From contig CAWELD010000003.1 in the NCBI GenBank assembly GCA_963809895.1, positions 1,888,001 through 1,952,000 of the forward strand: a DNA stretch of 64,000 bases, read 5' to 3'. This stretch comes from an uncultured Gemmatimonadales bacterium. GTDB taxonomy: Bacteria > Gemmatimonadota > Gemmatimonadetes > Longimicrobiales > Gaopeijiaceae. Within the stretch, counting starts at the first letter, position 1. Every line of letters starts with the position of its first letter. The position numbers and the translations under genes were made by a program. The notes under the pieces are model-generated. The model saw nothing but the letters and a program-made list of their open reading frames with translations. It did no database searches and was not told the DNA's origin. Shown in pieces: positions 20,083-29,780 of the stretch.

Positions 20083-21552
20083 ATGCGCATCCTCACGCGA
20101 CATCTGATCAAGGCCCACCTGGGTCCCTTCCTCTTCGCCCTCTCGGCGCTCACGGGGTTGCTGTTCCTCAACGCCGTGGCGCTCAGGATGGAGGACCTGG
20201 CCGGCAAGGGCCTGACCTGGAACGTCATCGGCGAGTTCCTCCTGCTGTCGCTTCCCCACACCATCGCCCTCACCCTGCCCATGGCGGTGCTGGTGGCGGT
20301 CCTGTACGCCTTCTCGGAGATGACCGCAAGCAACGAGATCACCGCCATGAAGGCCGGAGGAATCCCGCCCCACCGCTTGCTGGTGCCCCTGCTGCTCACG
20401 GGCACGCTCATCGGCGGGGTCATGCTCTTCTTCAACGATCAGGTCCTTCCGGAGGCCAATCACCGCCTAAAGAACCTCATGCTCGACATCAACCGCAAGA
20501 GTCCCACCTTCGTCTTGCGGGAGCAGGTGATGAACCGGGTGCAGACGGGCGAGACCGGCAAGACCTACTTCATCAAGGCCTCGCGCATCGACAATCAGCG
20601 CAACCGCCTCGAGGACGTGGTCATCGTGGACGGGAGCGATCCGGCCCGCCGCCGGACCACCTACGCCGACAGCGGCTTCATGGCCTTCAACGCCGAGCGC
20701 ACGGACCTCTACCTCACGCTCTTCCACGGCAAGTCGCTGGAGCTGGACCCGGAGCGGCCGGGCGGCTTTCGCGTGGCGTTCTTCGAGCGGCAGGCGGTAC
20801 CGCTCCGGGGCGTGGGCAACGAGCTGAACCGCCGCATGGACGCCGCCGACCGGGGGGACCGCGAGATGACGCTGGCCATGCTGCGCGGGCGCGCCGGCGA
20901 GGCCCGGGACAATCTGCGCCTGCTGAAGGAGCAGAGCCGGGACCGCAACGTGGACCTGGTGCGCATCGCCCTGGGCCAGCAGCCCACCGACTCCACGCTG
21001 GCCGATCTGGACCGGAGCGGCGCCCCGACCCGCAGGCCCAGCCCCAGCCAGGGCAACGCGCTGACCCGGGATCCCGTGACCCAGCGGGCGTCGGTGAACG
21101 CCGCCACCTACGCGACCCGGGCCGTGGCCTTCCGGCAGAGCGCGAACCGCTACGAGGTGGAGCTCCACAAGAAGTACACGCTGGCCTTCGCCTGCATCGT
21201 CTTCGTGCTCCTGGGCGTGCCGCTGGCGATCCGCTTCCCGCGCGGGGGCCTGGGGATGGTGATCGCGGCCTCCTCCACCATCTTCGCCGTCTACTGGGTC
21301 GGGCTCATCGGCGGCGAGAAGCTGGCGGACCGCGGCTTCGCGCCGCCGGCCATCACCATGTGGATCCCCAACATCATCTTCACCCTGCTGGGGCTCCTGC
21401 TGGTGCGGAACATGGGCAAGGAGGCCGCCACCACCCGCGGAGGCGGCTGGGACGACCTGTGGTGGGTCACCAAGGGGCTGGTGGGCCGGCTCTTCGGTCG
21501 CGGACGCCCCGCGCTGCCCGAAGGTGGCGATGCCGCGGAGAGCGCTGCATGA
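20083..21552 (+). CDS. lptF: LptF/LptG-family permease
   Basis: MRILTRHLI..., LPMAVLVAVL...SNEITAMKAGGI, ELHKKYTLAFACIVFVLLGVPL. Confidence 0.88.
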   Translation: MRILTRHLIKAHLGPFLFALSALTGLLFLNAVALRMEDLAGKGLTWNVIGEFLLLSLPHTIALTLPMAVLVAVLYAFSEMTASNEITAMKAGGIPPHRLLVPLLLTGTLIGGVMLFFNDQVLPEANHRLKNLMLDINRKSPTFVLREQVMNRVQTGETGKTYFIKASRIDNQRNRLEDVVIVDGSDPARRRTTYADSGFMAFNAERTDLYLTLFHGKSLELDPERPGGFRVAFFERQAVPLRGVGNELNRRMDAADRGDREMTLAMLRGRAGEARDNLRLLKEQSRDRNVDLVRIALGQQPTDSTLADLDRSGAPTRRPSPSQGNALTRDPVTQRASVNAATYATRAVAFRQSANRYEVELHKKYTLAFACIVFVLLGVPLAIRFPRGGLGMVIAASSTIFAVYWVGLIGGEKLADRGFAPPAITMWIPNIIFTLLGLLLVRNMGKEAATTRGGGWDDLWWVTKGLVGRLFGRGRPALPEGGDAAESAA

Positions 21553-22616
21553 AGATCCTCGACCGCTTCGTCGGCGGGACCTTCCTCAAGCTCTTCATGG
21601 TGTCGATCCTGGCCACCCCGCCGCTGTTCGTGCTGGGTGACCTCACCGAGAAGCTGGACGACTACCTGGACGAGGGGCTCACCACCCTCCAACTGGTGCG
21701 GGGGTACCTCTTCAACATCCCCGAGTACTTCCAGTGGTCGTTCCCCATCGCCGGGCTCATCGCCGCGGTCTTCACCGTGCACGGCATGACGCAGCACCGC
21801 GAGGTGGTGGCGGCCAAGGCCGGGGGCGTGTCCTTCCACCGGCTGATCCTGCCCATCCTGACCCTGGGATTCCTGTTGGGCGGGCTGGCGGTGAGCGCCA
21901 CGGACCTGGTTCCGCTGAGCAAGCGGCGGGCGGCGGAGATCCTGGAGCAGCGCAACACCGGGCGCGACTGGCGCTCCAATTTCGCCTACCAGACCGAGGA
22001 CGGGCTGGTGCTGTACGTGCAGCGGCTGGAGGTCAACCAGGGCCGCATGACCGGCATCGGCATCAACCGCCCCGCGGGCCCCGGCGACTCCACGGTGATC
22101 CACGCCGACGCCGAACGGGCGGTCTACGACTCGCTGGGATGGCGCTTCGAGACCGGGAGCGTGCGTCGGGTGTGGCCCGACGGCCGCGAGGCCACCTTCC
22201 GCTTCGACGCCCTGCGCCTGCCGGACTTCACCGAGAGGCCCGAAGACCTCATGGAGGAGCCCCGGTCCGACGAAGAGATGACCTACGCCGAGCTGAACCG
22301 ACAGGTGGCCATCGTCGAGCGCTCGGGCGGCAACGTGGGCAAGCTCAAGACCAAGCAGCAGCAGAAGCTGGCGATCCCGGTGGCCACCTTCGTCGTGATC
22401 CTCTTCGGCGCGCCCCTGGCCACCAGCGCCAAGCGGGGCGGCGCCGCCTACGGCATCGGCATCTCGCTGGGCACCACCATCCTCTACCTGCTGGTCTTCA
22501 AGCTGGCCGGCGGCCTGGGCTCCAGCGGCGCCATTCCCCCCGAGTGGGCGGCGTGGGCGCCCAACGCCCTCTTCCTGGTGGCGGGGATCGTGCTCATGGC
22601 CCGGGTGCGGACCTGA
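21549..22616 (+). CDS. lptG: LptF/LptG-family permease
   Basis: ATGA overlap with the previous gene; [48 protein letters not shown]. Confidence 0.88.
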   Translation: MKILDRFVGGTFLKLFMVSILATPPLFVLGDLTEKLDDYLDEGLTTLQLVRGYLFNIPEYFQWSFPIAGLIAAVFTVHGMTQHREVVAAKAGGVSFHRLILPILTLGFLLGGLAVSATDLVPLSKRRAAEILEQRNTGRDWRSNFAYQTEDGLVLYVQRLEVNQGRMTGIGINRPAGPGDSTVIHADAERAVYDSLGWRFETGSVRRVWPDGREATFRFDALRLPDFTERPEDLMEEPRSDEEMTYAELNRQVAIVERSGGNVGKLKTKQQQKLAIPVATFVVILFGAPLATSAKRGGAAYGIGISLGTTILYLLVFKLAGGLGSSGAIPPEWAAWAPNALFLVAGIVLMARVRT

Positions 22617-23590
22617 GGGGACCGGGGTTGCGGCGTCGGAGGTTGGTCGCAGTTTAAACGCTGGACTGAGAGCCGCGCCGCGAAGCCCGGGTCCAGCACG
22701 CCGTCGCACACCGCCTGCACCGCGCCCCGGAGCTCCACCTCCAGCGCTTCGCGCACCGTCACCTTCAGCGATCCCCCCTCCATGCGCACCGTCTTGGCGC
22801 CGGCCGCGATGCGCCCCGACGCCACGGCGGACACGGCCACGGCGCAGGCGCTGGTGCCCGACGCCGCCGTGTGCCCCACGCCCCGTTCCCACACCAGCGC
22901 CTCGAGGGTGTGGTCGTCCAGCACCCGGGCGAGCTGCACGTTGACGCCGTTGGCGAAGGCCCGGTGGGGCGCCACCCGCGGGCCGATGCGGTCCAGCGCC
23001 GCCCGCTCCAGCGACGCGAACGCCTCGGGATCCCCCCACACCACGCAGTGGGGATTGCCCACGGACACGAAGACCGCGTCCAGGGGCTCGGTGCGGTCCA
23101 GGCACAGGTGGCCGGCCTCGTTCAGGGCGTCGGGGTCCAGCGCCACGGCGGCGGCGCCGGTGCGGGCCCGGCCCATCTGCACCGAGACGTCGTACTCGCC
23201 CCGGTCCACGCCGTGCACGCGCATCCCGATGGTGTCGCCGCCCACGTGGACCTGGAAGGGCTCTTCGGCCACGCGGCCCGTGCGGTGCAGGTACGAGGCC
23301 AGGATGCGGAGCCCGTTGCCGCTGCGCTCGAACTCGGAGCCGTCGGGATTGAACATGCGCAGGCGCCAGGGCTCGTCCTCGCCCCGGAGCAGGACGACGA
23401 CGCCGTCGCCGCCGGGGCCTTCCCAGCGGTGGCAGACCGCGCCCACGGCAGCCGGCGCAACCGGCCACGCGTCCCCCTCCTCGAACACCAGATAGTCGTT
23501 GCCCAGCCCGTGTCCCTTGTAGAACCCCGCGTCCGCGGCGGGGCGGGTATTCTGCCGATCGTGCGACACCGGTTCACTCCCTGGATTCAT
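22484..23590 (-). CDS. dapF: Diaminopimelate epimerase; true 3' end probably near 22655 (indel suspected)
   Basis: [56 protein letters not shown]. As read, the tail overlaps lptG by ~130 bp. Confidence 0.85.
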   Translation of the reverse strand: MNPGSEPVSHDRQNTRPAADAGFYKGHGLGNDYLVFEEGDAWPVAPAAVGAVCHRWEGPGGDGVVVLLRGEDEPWRLRMFNPDGSEFERSGNGLRILASYLHRTGRVAEEPFQVHVGGDTIGMRVHGVDRGEYDVSVQMGRARTGAAAVALDPDALNEAGHLCLDRTEPLDAVFVSVGNPHCVVWGDPEAFASLERAALDRIGPRVAPHRAFANGVNVQLARVLDDHTLEALVWERGVGHTAASGTSACAVAVSAVASGRIAAGAKTVRMEGGSLKVTVREALEVELRGAVQAVCDGVLDPGFAARLSVQRLNCDQPPTPQPRSPQVRTRAMSTIPATRKRALGAHAAHSGGMAPLEPRPPASLKTSR

Positions 23591-23713
23591 GATGCGTGTC
23601 CTGAAACTGCGTACCCCGAAACCGCCGTAGAGGGGGATACGCAACCTCCGTTCCCCTCCATGTATCCAACGTGCTGAGGCAGGGGACCGTTCGCTGGCGG
23701 GAGTTGAAGATAG

Positions 23714-26441
23714 ATGATGAGGACCGGGGTGTGGGGCTGGGTGGTGGCGGGTGTGGTGGGGATGGCGGCGCCGCGTGGCCGCGCAGACGCACAAGGGACC
23801 GCCGGGACTGGCGTCGGAGGTAGCGGCGTGGTGGCGTGCCGGTGGCCGGACCGGGTCGGAGGCTCGCGGAGGGCCGAACGCCGGGCGGCCCACCGCGCCG
23901 ATCATGGAGGCCGTGCGCGTGGGCGCCGAGGTGCCCCGGATCGACGGACGCCTGGACGACGAGGCCTGGGAGCGTGCATCGGTGGCCCGGGACTTCGTGC
24001 AGTTCGAGCCCGATCCCGGCGCGCCGGCGTCGCAGCGCACCGAGGCCCGCGTGCTCTACGGCGACGACGCCCTGTACGTGGCGCTCCGGGCCTGGGACAC
24101 GGCACCCGACTCCATCGTGGGCCAGCTCACGCGCCGCGATCAGTCGTCGTTCTCCGACGAGCTGGCCGTGGTCGTCGACTCCTACTTCGACCGGCGCACG
24201 GCCTTCCACTTCGCGGTGAATCCGGTGGGGGTGAAGACGGACCTGTACCGGTTCGACGACACCCAGGAGGATCCGGGCTGGGACGCGGTGTGGGACGCCG
24301 CCACCTCGGTGGACGAGGAGGGGTGGAGCGCCGAGTTCCGGATCCCCCTGTCGCAGCTTCGCTTCCGCGACGCGGCCGACCAGACCTGGGGCATCAACTT
24401 CCTGCGCAAGATCGCCCGCCACGACGAGACGGTGCTGTGGGCGCCCACCTCGCGGAGCGACGCCGCCATCGTGTCGCGCTTCGGCGAGCTCACGGGGATC
24501 CGCGATCTGCATCCGCCGCGGCGGCTGGAGATGACGCCGTACACGGTGGCGCGCCTGGAGCGGGCGCCTGGCGATCCGGACAATCCCTTCTACCGGCAGA
24601 ACGCCACCTTCGGCACCGTGGGCGCCGATCTCAAGTACGGCATCACCAGCGACCTGACGCTGAACGTCACCCTGAACCCCGACTTCGGGCAGGTGGAGGC
24701 GGACCCGGCCCAGGTGAACCTGTCGGCCTACGAGACCTTCCTGCCCGAGCGGCGGCCCTTCTTCGTGGAAGGCGCCAACCTGTTCAACTTCTCGCTGGCG
24801 CTGGGCGACGGCGACGACGCCGTGGAATCCCTCTTCTACTCGCGGCGCATCGGGCGCTCACCGCAGGGCTCGGTGGACGACCAGGGCGGCTGGGTGGACG
24901 CCGACCCGCGCACCACGATCCTGGGCGCCTGGAAGCTCTCGGGAAAGACGGCCTCGGGCTGGTCGGTAGGGCTCATGAACGCCATCACCGCCGAGGAGAA
25001 GGCCACGGTGGCGCCGGCCGGCGGGGGCCGGATCGAGGAGCCCGTCGAGCCCTTCAGCAACTACTCGGTGGCGCGCTTTCAACGGGACTTCCGTGAGGGA
25101 CGCACCGCGGTGGGCTTCATCGGCACCGCGGTGAACCGCGAGGCCGACGTGGCCGCCGACCTGGGGCTCCGGAGCGGCGCCTACACCGCCGGCTTCGACG
25201 TGCGGCACCGATTCGGCGGAGATCGCTATCAGCTGCAGGCCTACCTGCTGGGCTCCAACATCCGGGGCTCCGAAGAGGCCATCGCGGCGGCCCAGCGTTC
25301 GTCGGCCCGCTACTTCCAGCGCCCCGACGCGCCACACCTGACCTACGATCCCACCCGCACCAGCCTGAGCGGGTACACGGGGATGCTCACCTTCAACAAG
25401 ATCACCGGCGGTCACTGGCGCTTCGGCACCGGCGTGCAGACCCGCTCGCCGGGCTTCGACGCCAACGACGCCGGCTACCTGCGCGAGGCCGACTTCACCA
25501 CCTCGTTCCTGTACCTGGGCTACGACCAGTCGTCGCCCCAGGGGCCCTTCCGCCGCTGGCGGCTGAACGCCAACGGGTTCGGCTCCTGGTCGTACGGGGG
25601 CGAGCGCTACAGCAGCGGCGGCAACGTCAACGGCAACTTCCAGCTCCGCAACTTCTGGAGCGGATACCTGGGCGTGAACCACAACACCCGCGGCTACTCC
25701 AACGGGATCCTGCGGGGCGGCCCCTCGTTCCTGCGCGAGGCCCAGTGGAACGGCTGGGGCGGCCTCAACTCCGACTCGCGGCGGGCGGTGCAGCTCAACC
25801 TGAACGACTGGTGGAACGTGCGGCCGGAGAGCGACTCGTGGACGCTGGGCCTGTCACCGAGCCTGCGTTTCCGGCCCTCGGGGCGCGCCACCTTGAGTCT
25901 GGGGGGATCCTGGACCCGCGCGGTGGACGACCGTCAGTGGGTGCGGCGCATGGGCACCGACGAGGCGCCGGCCTATCTGTTCGGCCGGCTGGACCAGACC
26001 ACGGTGGGCGTCACGGCGCGCCTGGACTACGCCTTCACCCCCACGCTGTCGCTGCAGGTCTACGCCCAGCCCTTCGTGAGCGCCGGAAGCTACGGGGACT
26101 TCAAGCGGGTCACGGATCCCCACGCGCCGACCTACGCGGGGCGCTTCACCGGCGTCGACGTGACGCTGGACGAGGACGGCTACTACCGGGGCGACGTGGA
26201 CGGCGACGGGAGCGTGGACAGCTTCCGTGATCCCGAGTTCAACGTGCGCCAGTTCCACTCCAACACGGTGCTGCGCTGGGAGTACCGGCCCGGCTCGACG
26301 CTCTATCTGGTGTGGGCCCAGGGCCGGGACGCCCTGGGCCCCACCGGGGACTTCCGCTTCAGCGGCGACTTCCGGGGCCTCTTCGACACCCGGCCGTCGA
26401 ACACGCTGATGCTCAAGGTGAGCTACTGGTTCGCGCCGTAG
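23714..26441 (+). CDS. CBM9-like + DUF5916 outer-membrane protein; probable frameshift in the signal region (~23772)
   Basis: RIDGRLDDEAW, GWSAEFRIPLSQLRF, TLNPDFGQVEADP, PERRPFFVEG, LFYSRRIG; C-terminal LRWEYRPGS...LMLKVSYW. Confidence 0.85.
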
Positions 26442-26447
26442 CGCGCG

Positions 26448-29400
26448 CTACTGGTTGGAGCCATACGTCCCGGGATCCAGCACGGTGAGCTCGGTGGTGT
26501 AGCTGCGGTCACCGACCCGTAGCGTGACGGTGTAGGTGCCGGGGGACACCTCTTCGGACTCGCCGAAGCGCGACGGGAACAGCCCGCCGCCTCCGAAGCC
26601 GAACCCGCCCCGGCGGCCACCCGTCTGCGGGCGCACGGCCTGGTTGATACGCTGCTGCAGCGACTGCTCGCCCTGGCCGCCGGGGCCGCCCTGCCTGCCG
26701 CCGGGACCGCCGCCCTGGCCGCCACCCAGCGGTGGGCCCTCGGCCGGACGCGCGTCCCAGGCCTGCGAGCCGCCGCCCCCACCTCCGCCGCCGCCACGGC
26801 CGCGGAAGCTGAAGCCGCCGCCACCCTGGCGGAGCCCGTCGAGCACGTCCTCCACCTCCTGGCGGTCCTCGCCCAGGTTCACGAAGGAGTCGGCCACCAC
26901 CTGGAAGCGCTTCTCCATGGCGAGGCTGTCGCGGCGCTCGGAGGGCGACAGCGGCAGCCGCTCGGGCTGCGTGCGCAGCTGCCAGCTCACCGAGTTCATG
27001 CCCTTCCGGGACGAGCCGTTCAGCGTCTGCATGACGTTCCCCGACGCATCGGCGATCTCGACCTTCACGCTGTCGTCGGTGGCGTCGCCGAGCCAGTAGC
27101 GGATCTCGGCGCCGCCGCCGGGCGTCGGCGCTTGGAAATAGGCCTGGGCCGTGAACTCACCGCCCGTGGGCGGCATGCCGAAGTCGTAGGCCGGCGACGG
27201 CTCGAAGAGATGGACGTCGGAGGCCAGCACCTGCGCGTCGAGCTGCTGCAGCGGCGCCACGTCGACGATCCAGATGGAGCGGCCGTGGGTGCCCGCGATG
27301 AGCTCGTGGTCGCGCGGATGGATCTTCAGGTCCCGAACCGGAACCGTGGGCAGCCCCTGCATGAAGCGCTGCCACGACAGCCCCCGGTCCAGCGATACGT
27401 ACACGCCCACGTCGGTGCCCAGGTACAGCAGATCGGCGTTCACCGGATCCTCGCGGATCACGTGGGCGAAGTCGGGCCCGTCGTCGGGCAGATCGCTGGC
27501 GATGGAGTGGAAGCTCGAGCCCCGGTCCTCGCTCACCAGCACGTAGGGTGTGAAGTCGCCGCGGCGGTGATTGTCGAAGGTGACGTACACCCGGTTCGCC
27601 ACGTGCGACGACGGCTCGATGCGGCTCACGTAGGTGCCGTCGGGCACCAACGAGGTCGTGTTGGCCGTGATGTCGTTCCAGGTGCCGCCGTCGTCCGGCG
27701 ACATCCACAGGTTGCCGTCGTCGGTGCCGGCGTACAGCAGCCCCCGCACCAGCGGCGACTCGTTGAGCGAGACGATGGTGGCGAAGGTCTCGGCTCCGGT
27801 GACGTCGGGGGTGATGCCGCCCGTGGTCTGGGTGCTGACCCGGATCTTCATGGTGTCCTGCCGGCTCAGGTCCGGCGAGATGGGCACCAGGGTGTCGCCC
27901 CGGTTCGTGGACTTGAGGACCCGATTCGCGCCGGCGTAGAGCACGTCGGGATTGTGGGGCGACAGGAAGAACGGGGTGTTCCAGTTGTAGCGGAGCTCGA
28001 GGGCCGCCGAATCGGCGCTGGCCCGGCGCTGGAGCGCCTCGATGCGCGCCTGGCTCTCGGGCGGCATGAGCTCGGTGCTGTCGGGCCACAGCATGGCGAT
28101 GGAGTCCTGCAGGAGGCGGTAGGGCTCCTGCCAGCTGGGCCGGCCCAGCCGGGTGCGCTCACCGGTGGCCAGGTTCGAGCGCCCCATGTTCCCGCCCTGG
28201 GACTCCGAGTAGACGATGTTGGGATCCCGGGGATCCTGCTGCGTGACGAAGCCGTCGCCCCCGCTCACGCTGAACCAGTCGTGGTTGGTGATGGCGCCGC
28301 CGGTCTTCCGGCTGGGCCCGCACCAGGAGTAGTTGTCCTGCAGCCCGCCGCACACGCGGTACGGCTTTCCCATGTCGTAGCTGACGGCGTAGAACTGGCC
28401 GATGGGGAAGATGTTCGGGAACAGGTAGTTGCCGCCCTGATCGTGGCTGATGGCGATGCCGCCGTCGTTGCCCACCACCAGGTGATTGCCGTCGTTGGGA
28501 TCGATCCACATGGCGTGGAAGTCGACGTGCACCTCCTGGGCGGCGTTGCGCATGGTCTTGCCGCCGTCGTCGGAGAAGCGGAGCGAGGAGAAGTACACCC
28601 GGTCCGGATTGGCCGGGTCGACCCGCACCTGGTTGTAGTAGAACGGCCGGCTGTTGAAGTCGTTCATCCGCTCCCAGGTGGTGCCGCCGTCCTGGGACCG
28701 GTAGAGGCCGGACAGGGCTTCGGGCTCCGGGTCGTCGGCGGTGGAATCCGGCGCCGCGGCCTCGATCTCGGCGTACACGGTCGAGGGCCGGCTGGGCGCG
28801 AAGGCCACGTCGATGCGGCCGAGCTCGGTCTCCGGGAAGCCGTTGCCGGTGACCTCGGTCCAGCTCTCGCCGCCGTCGGTGCTCTTCCACAGGGCGCTGC
28901 CCGGGCCGCCGCTCTGCAGGTAGTACGGACCGCGGATGCGCTCCCAGCTCGACGCCAGCAGCACGTTCGGGTTGCCCGGCTGGATGGCCACGTCGACGAA
29001 GCCGGCGCGGTCGCTCACGGACTTGACCAGCCGCCAGGTGTCACCGCCGTCGGTGGTCTTGTAGAGCCCCCGGTCGCCGCCCTCACGCCAGAGGGGTCCC
29101 AGCGCCGCGACCCACACGATGTCCGGGTTGGTGGGATGCACCACGATGCGCGCGATGTGCTCGGTGCCCTCCAGGCCCTTGAGCTCCCAGGTCACACCGC
29201 CGTCGGTGGACTTGTAGATCCCCCGTCCCGGCGAGATGGAGTTGCGGGAGTCCTCTTCGCCGGTGCCGGCCCAGATCTGCATGGTGTCGCTGGGCGCGAT
29301 GGCCAGGTCGCCCATGGCCGCCACCCGCTCGTCGGTGAACAGGGGCCGGAAGGTGGTGCCGTCGTTGGTGGTCTTCCAGACGCCACCCGCCGCCGGCGCC

Positions 29401-29600
29401 ACGTAGAAGGTGGCCGACGGGCTCGGAATGCCCTCGATGTCCGTGACCCGGCCCAGCATGTTGGCCGGCCCGATGGAGCGCCACTCGAAGGCCTCCATCC
29501 AGGTGGAGTCGAGGCGTGGAGGCATGGTGGTCTGGGCAGCCACCGGCGCCGCGAGCAGCAGCGCCAGGGTCGCAGCGGAGATCGCGCGGAATCGGTTCAT
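26448..29600 (-). CDS. Secreted BNR/VPS10 (sortilin-like) beta-propeller glycosyl-hydrolase-like protein
   Basis: Signal peptide MNRFRAIS...; WRSIGPANMLGRV; repeated YKSTDGGxTW Asp-boxes; GGLQDN; GGDGF. Confidence 0.88.
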   Translation of the reverse strand: MNRFRAISAATLALLLAAPVAAQTTMPPRLDSTWMEAFEWRSIGPANMLGRVTDIEGIPSPSATFYVAPAAGGVWKTTNDGTTFRPLFTDERVAAMGDLAIAPSDTMQIWAGTGEEDSRNSISPGRGIYKSTDGGVTWELKGLEGTEHIARIVVHPTNPDIVWVAALGPLWREGGDRGLYKTTDGGDTWRLVKSVSDRAGFVDVAIQPGNPNVLLASSWERIRGPYYLQSGGPGSALWKSTDGGESWTEVTGNGFPETELGRIDVAFAPSRPSTVYAEIEAAAPDSTADDPEPEALSGLYRSQDGGTTWERMNDFNSRPFYYNQVRVDPANPDRVYFSSLRFSDDGGKTMRNAAQEVHVDFHAMWIDPNDGNHLVVGNDGGIAISHDQGGNYLFPNIFPIGQFYAVSYDMGKPYRVCGGLQDNYSWCGPSRKTGGAITNHDWFSVSGGDGFVTQQDPRDPNIVYSESQGGNMGRSNLATGERTRLGRPSWQEPYRLLQDSIAMLWPDSTELMPPESQARIEALQRRASADSAALELRYNWNTPFFLSPHNPDVLYAGANRVLKSTNRGDTLVPISPDLSRQDTMKIRVSTQTTGGITPDVTGAETFATIVSLNESPLVRGLLYAGTDDGNLWMSPDDGGTWNDITANTTSLVPDGTYVSRIEPSSHVANRVYVTFDNHRRGDFTPYVLVSEDRGSSFHSIASDLPDDGPDFAHVIREDPVNADLLYLGTDVGVYVSLDRGLSWQRFMQGLPTVPVRDLKIHPRDHELIAGTHGRSIWIVDVAPLQQLDAQVLASDVHLFEPSPAYDFGMPPTGGEFTAQAYFQAPTPGGGAEIRYWLGDATDDSVKVEIADASGNVMQTLNGSSRKGMNSVSWQLRTQPERLPLSPSERRDSLAMEKRFQVVADSFVNLGEDRQEVEDVLDGLRQGGGGFSFRGRGGGGGGGGGSQAWDARPAEGPPLGGGQGGGPGGRQGGPGGQGEQSLQQRINQAVRPQTGGRRGGFGFGGGGLFPSRFGESEEVSPGTYTVTLRVGDRSYTTELTVLDPGTYGSNQ

Positions 29601-29780
29601 GGAATCGTCCGTGTGCAGCGTGTCGCGTGGTGTGGTCCTCATCCCCCGAGGACCCGTGGGAGCGGTGTGGCGTTGAGTTTACGGGTGGGGATGGGGGGAG
29701 GCGAGGGGGGTGGGCGGCCCTCGCCGGCTGGGCCGGCGACGGGTGCGCCATCGCCGACCAGGCCGCCGGCGCGCGCCCCT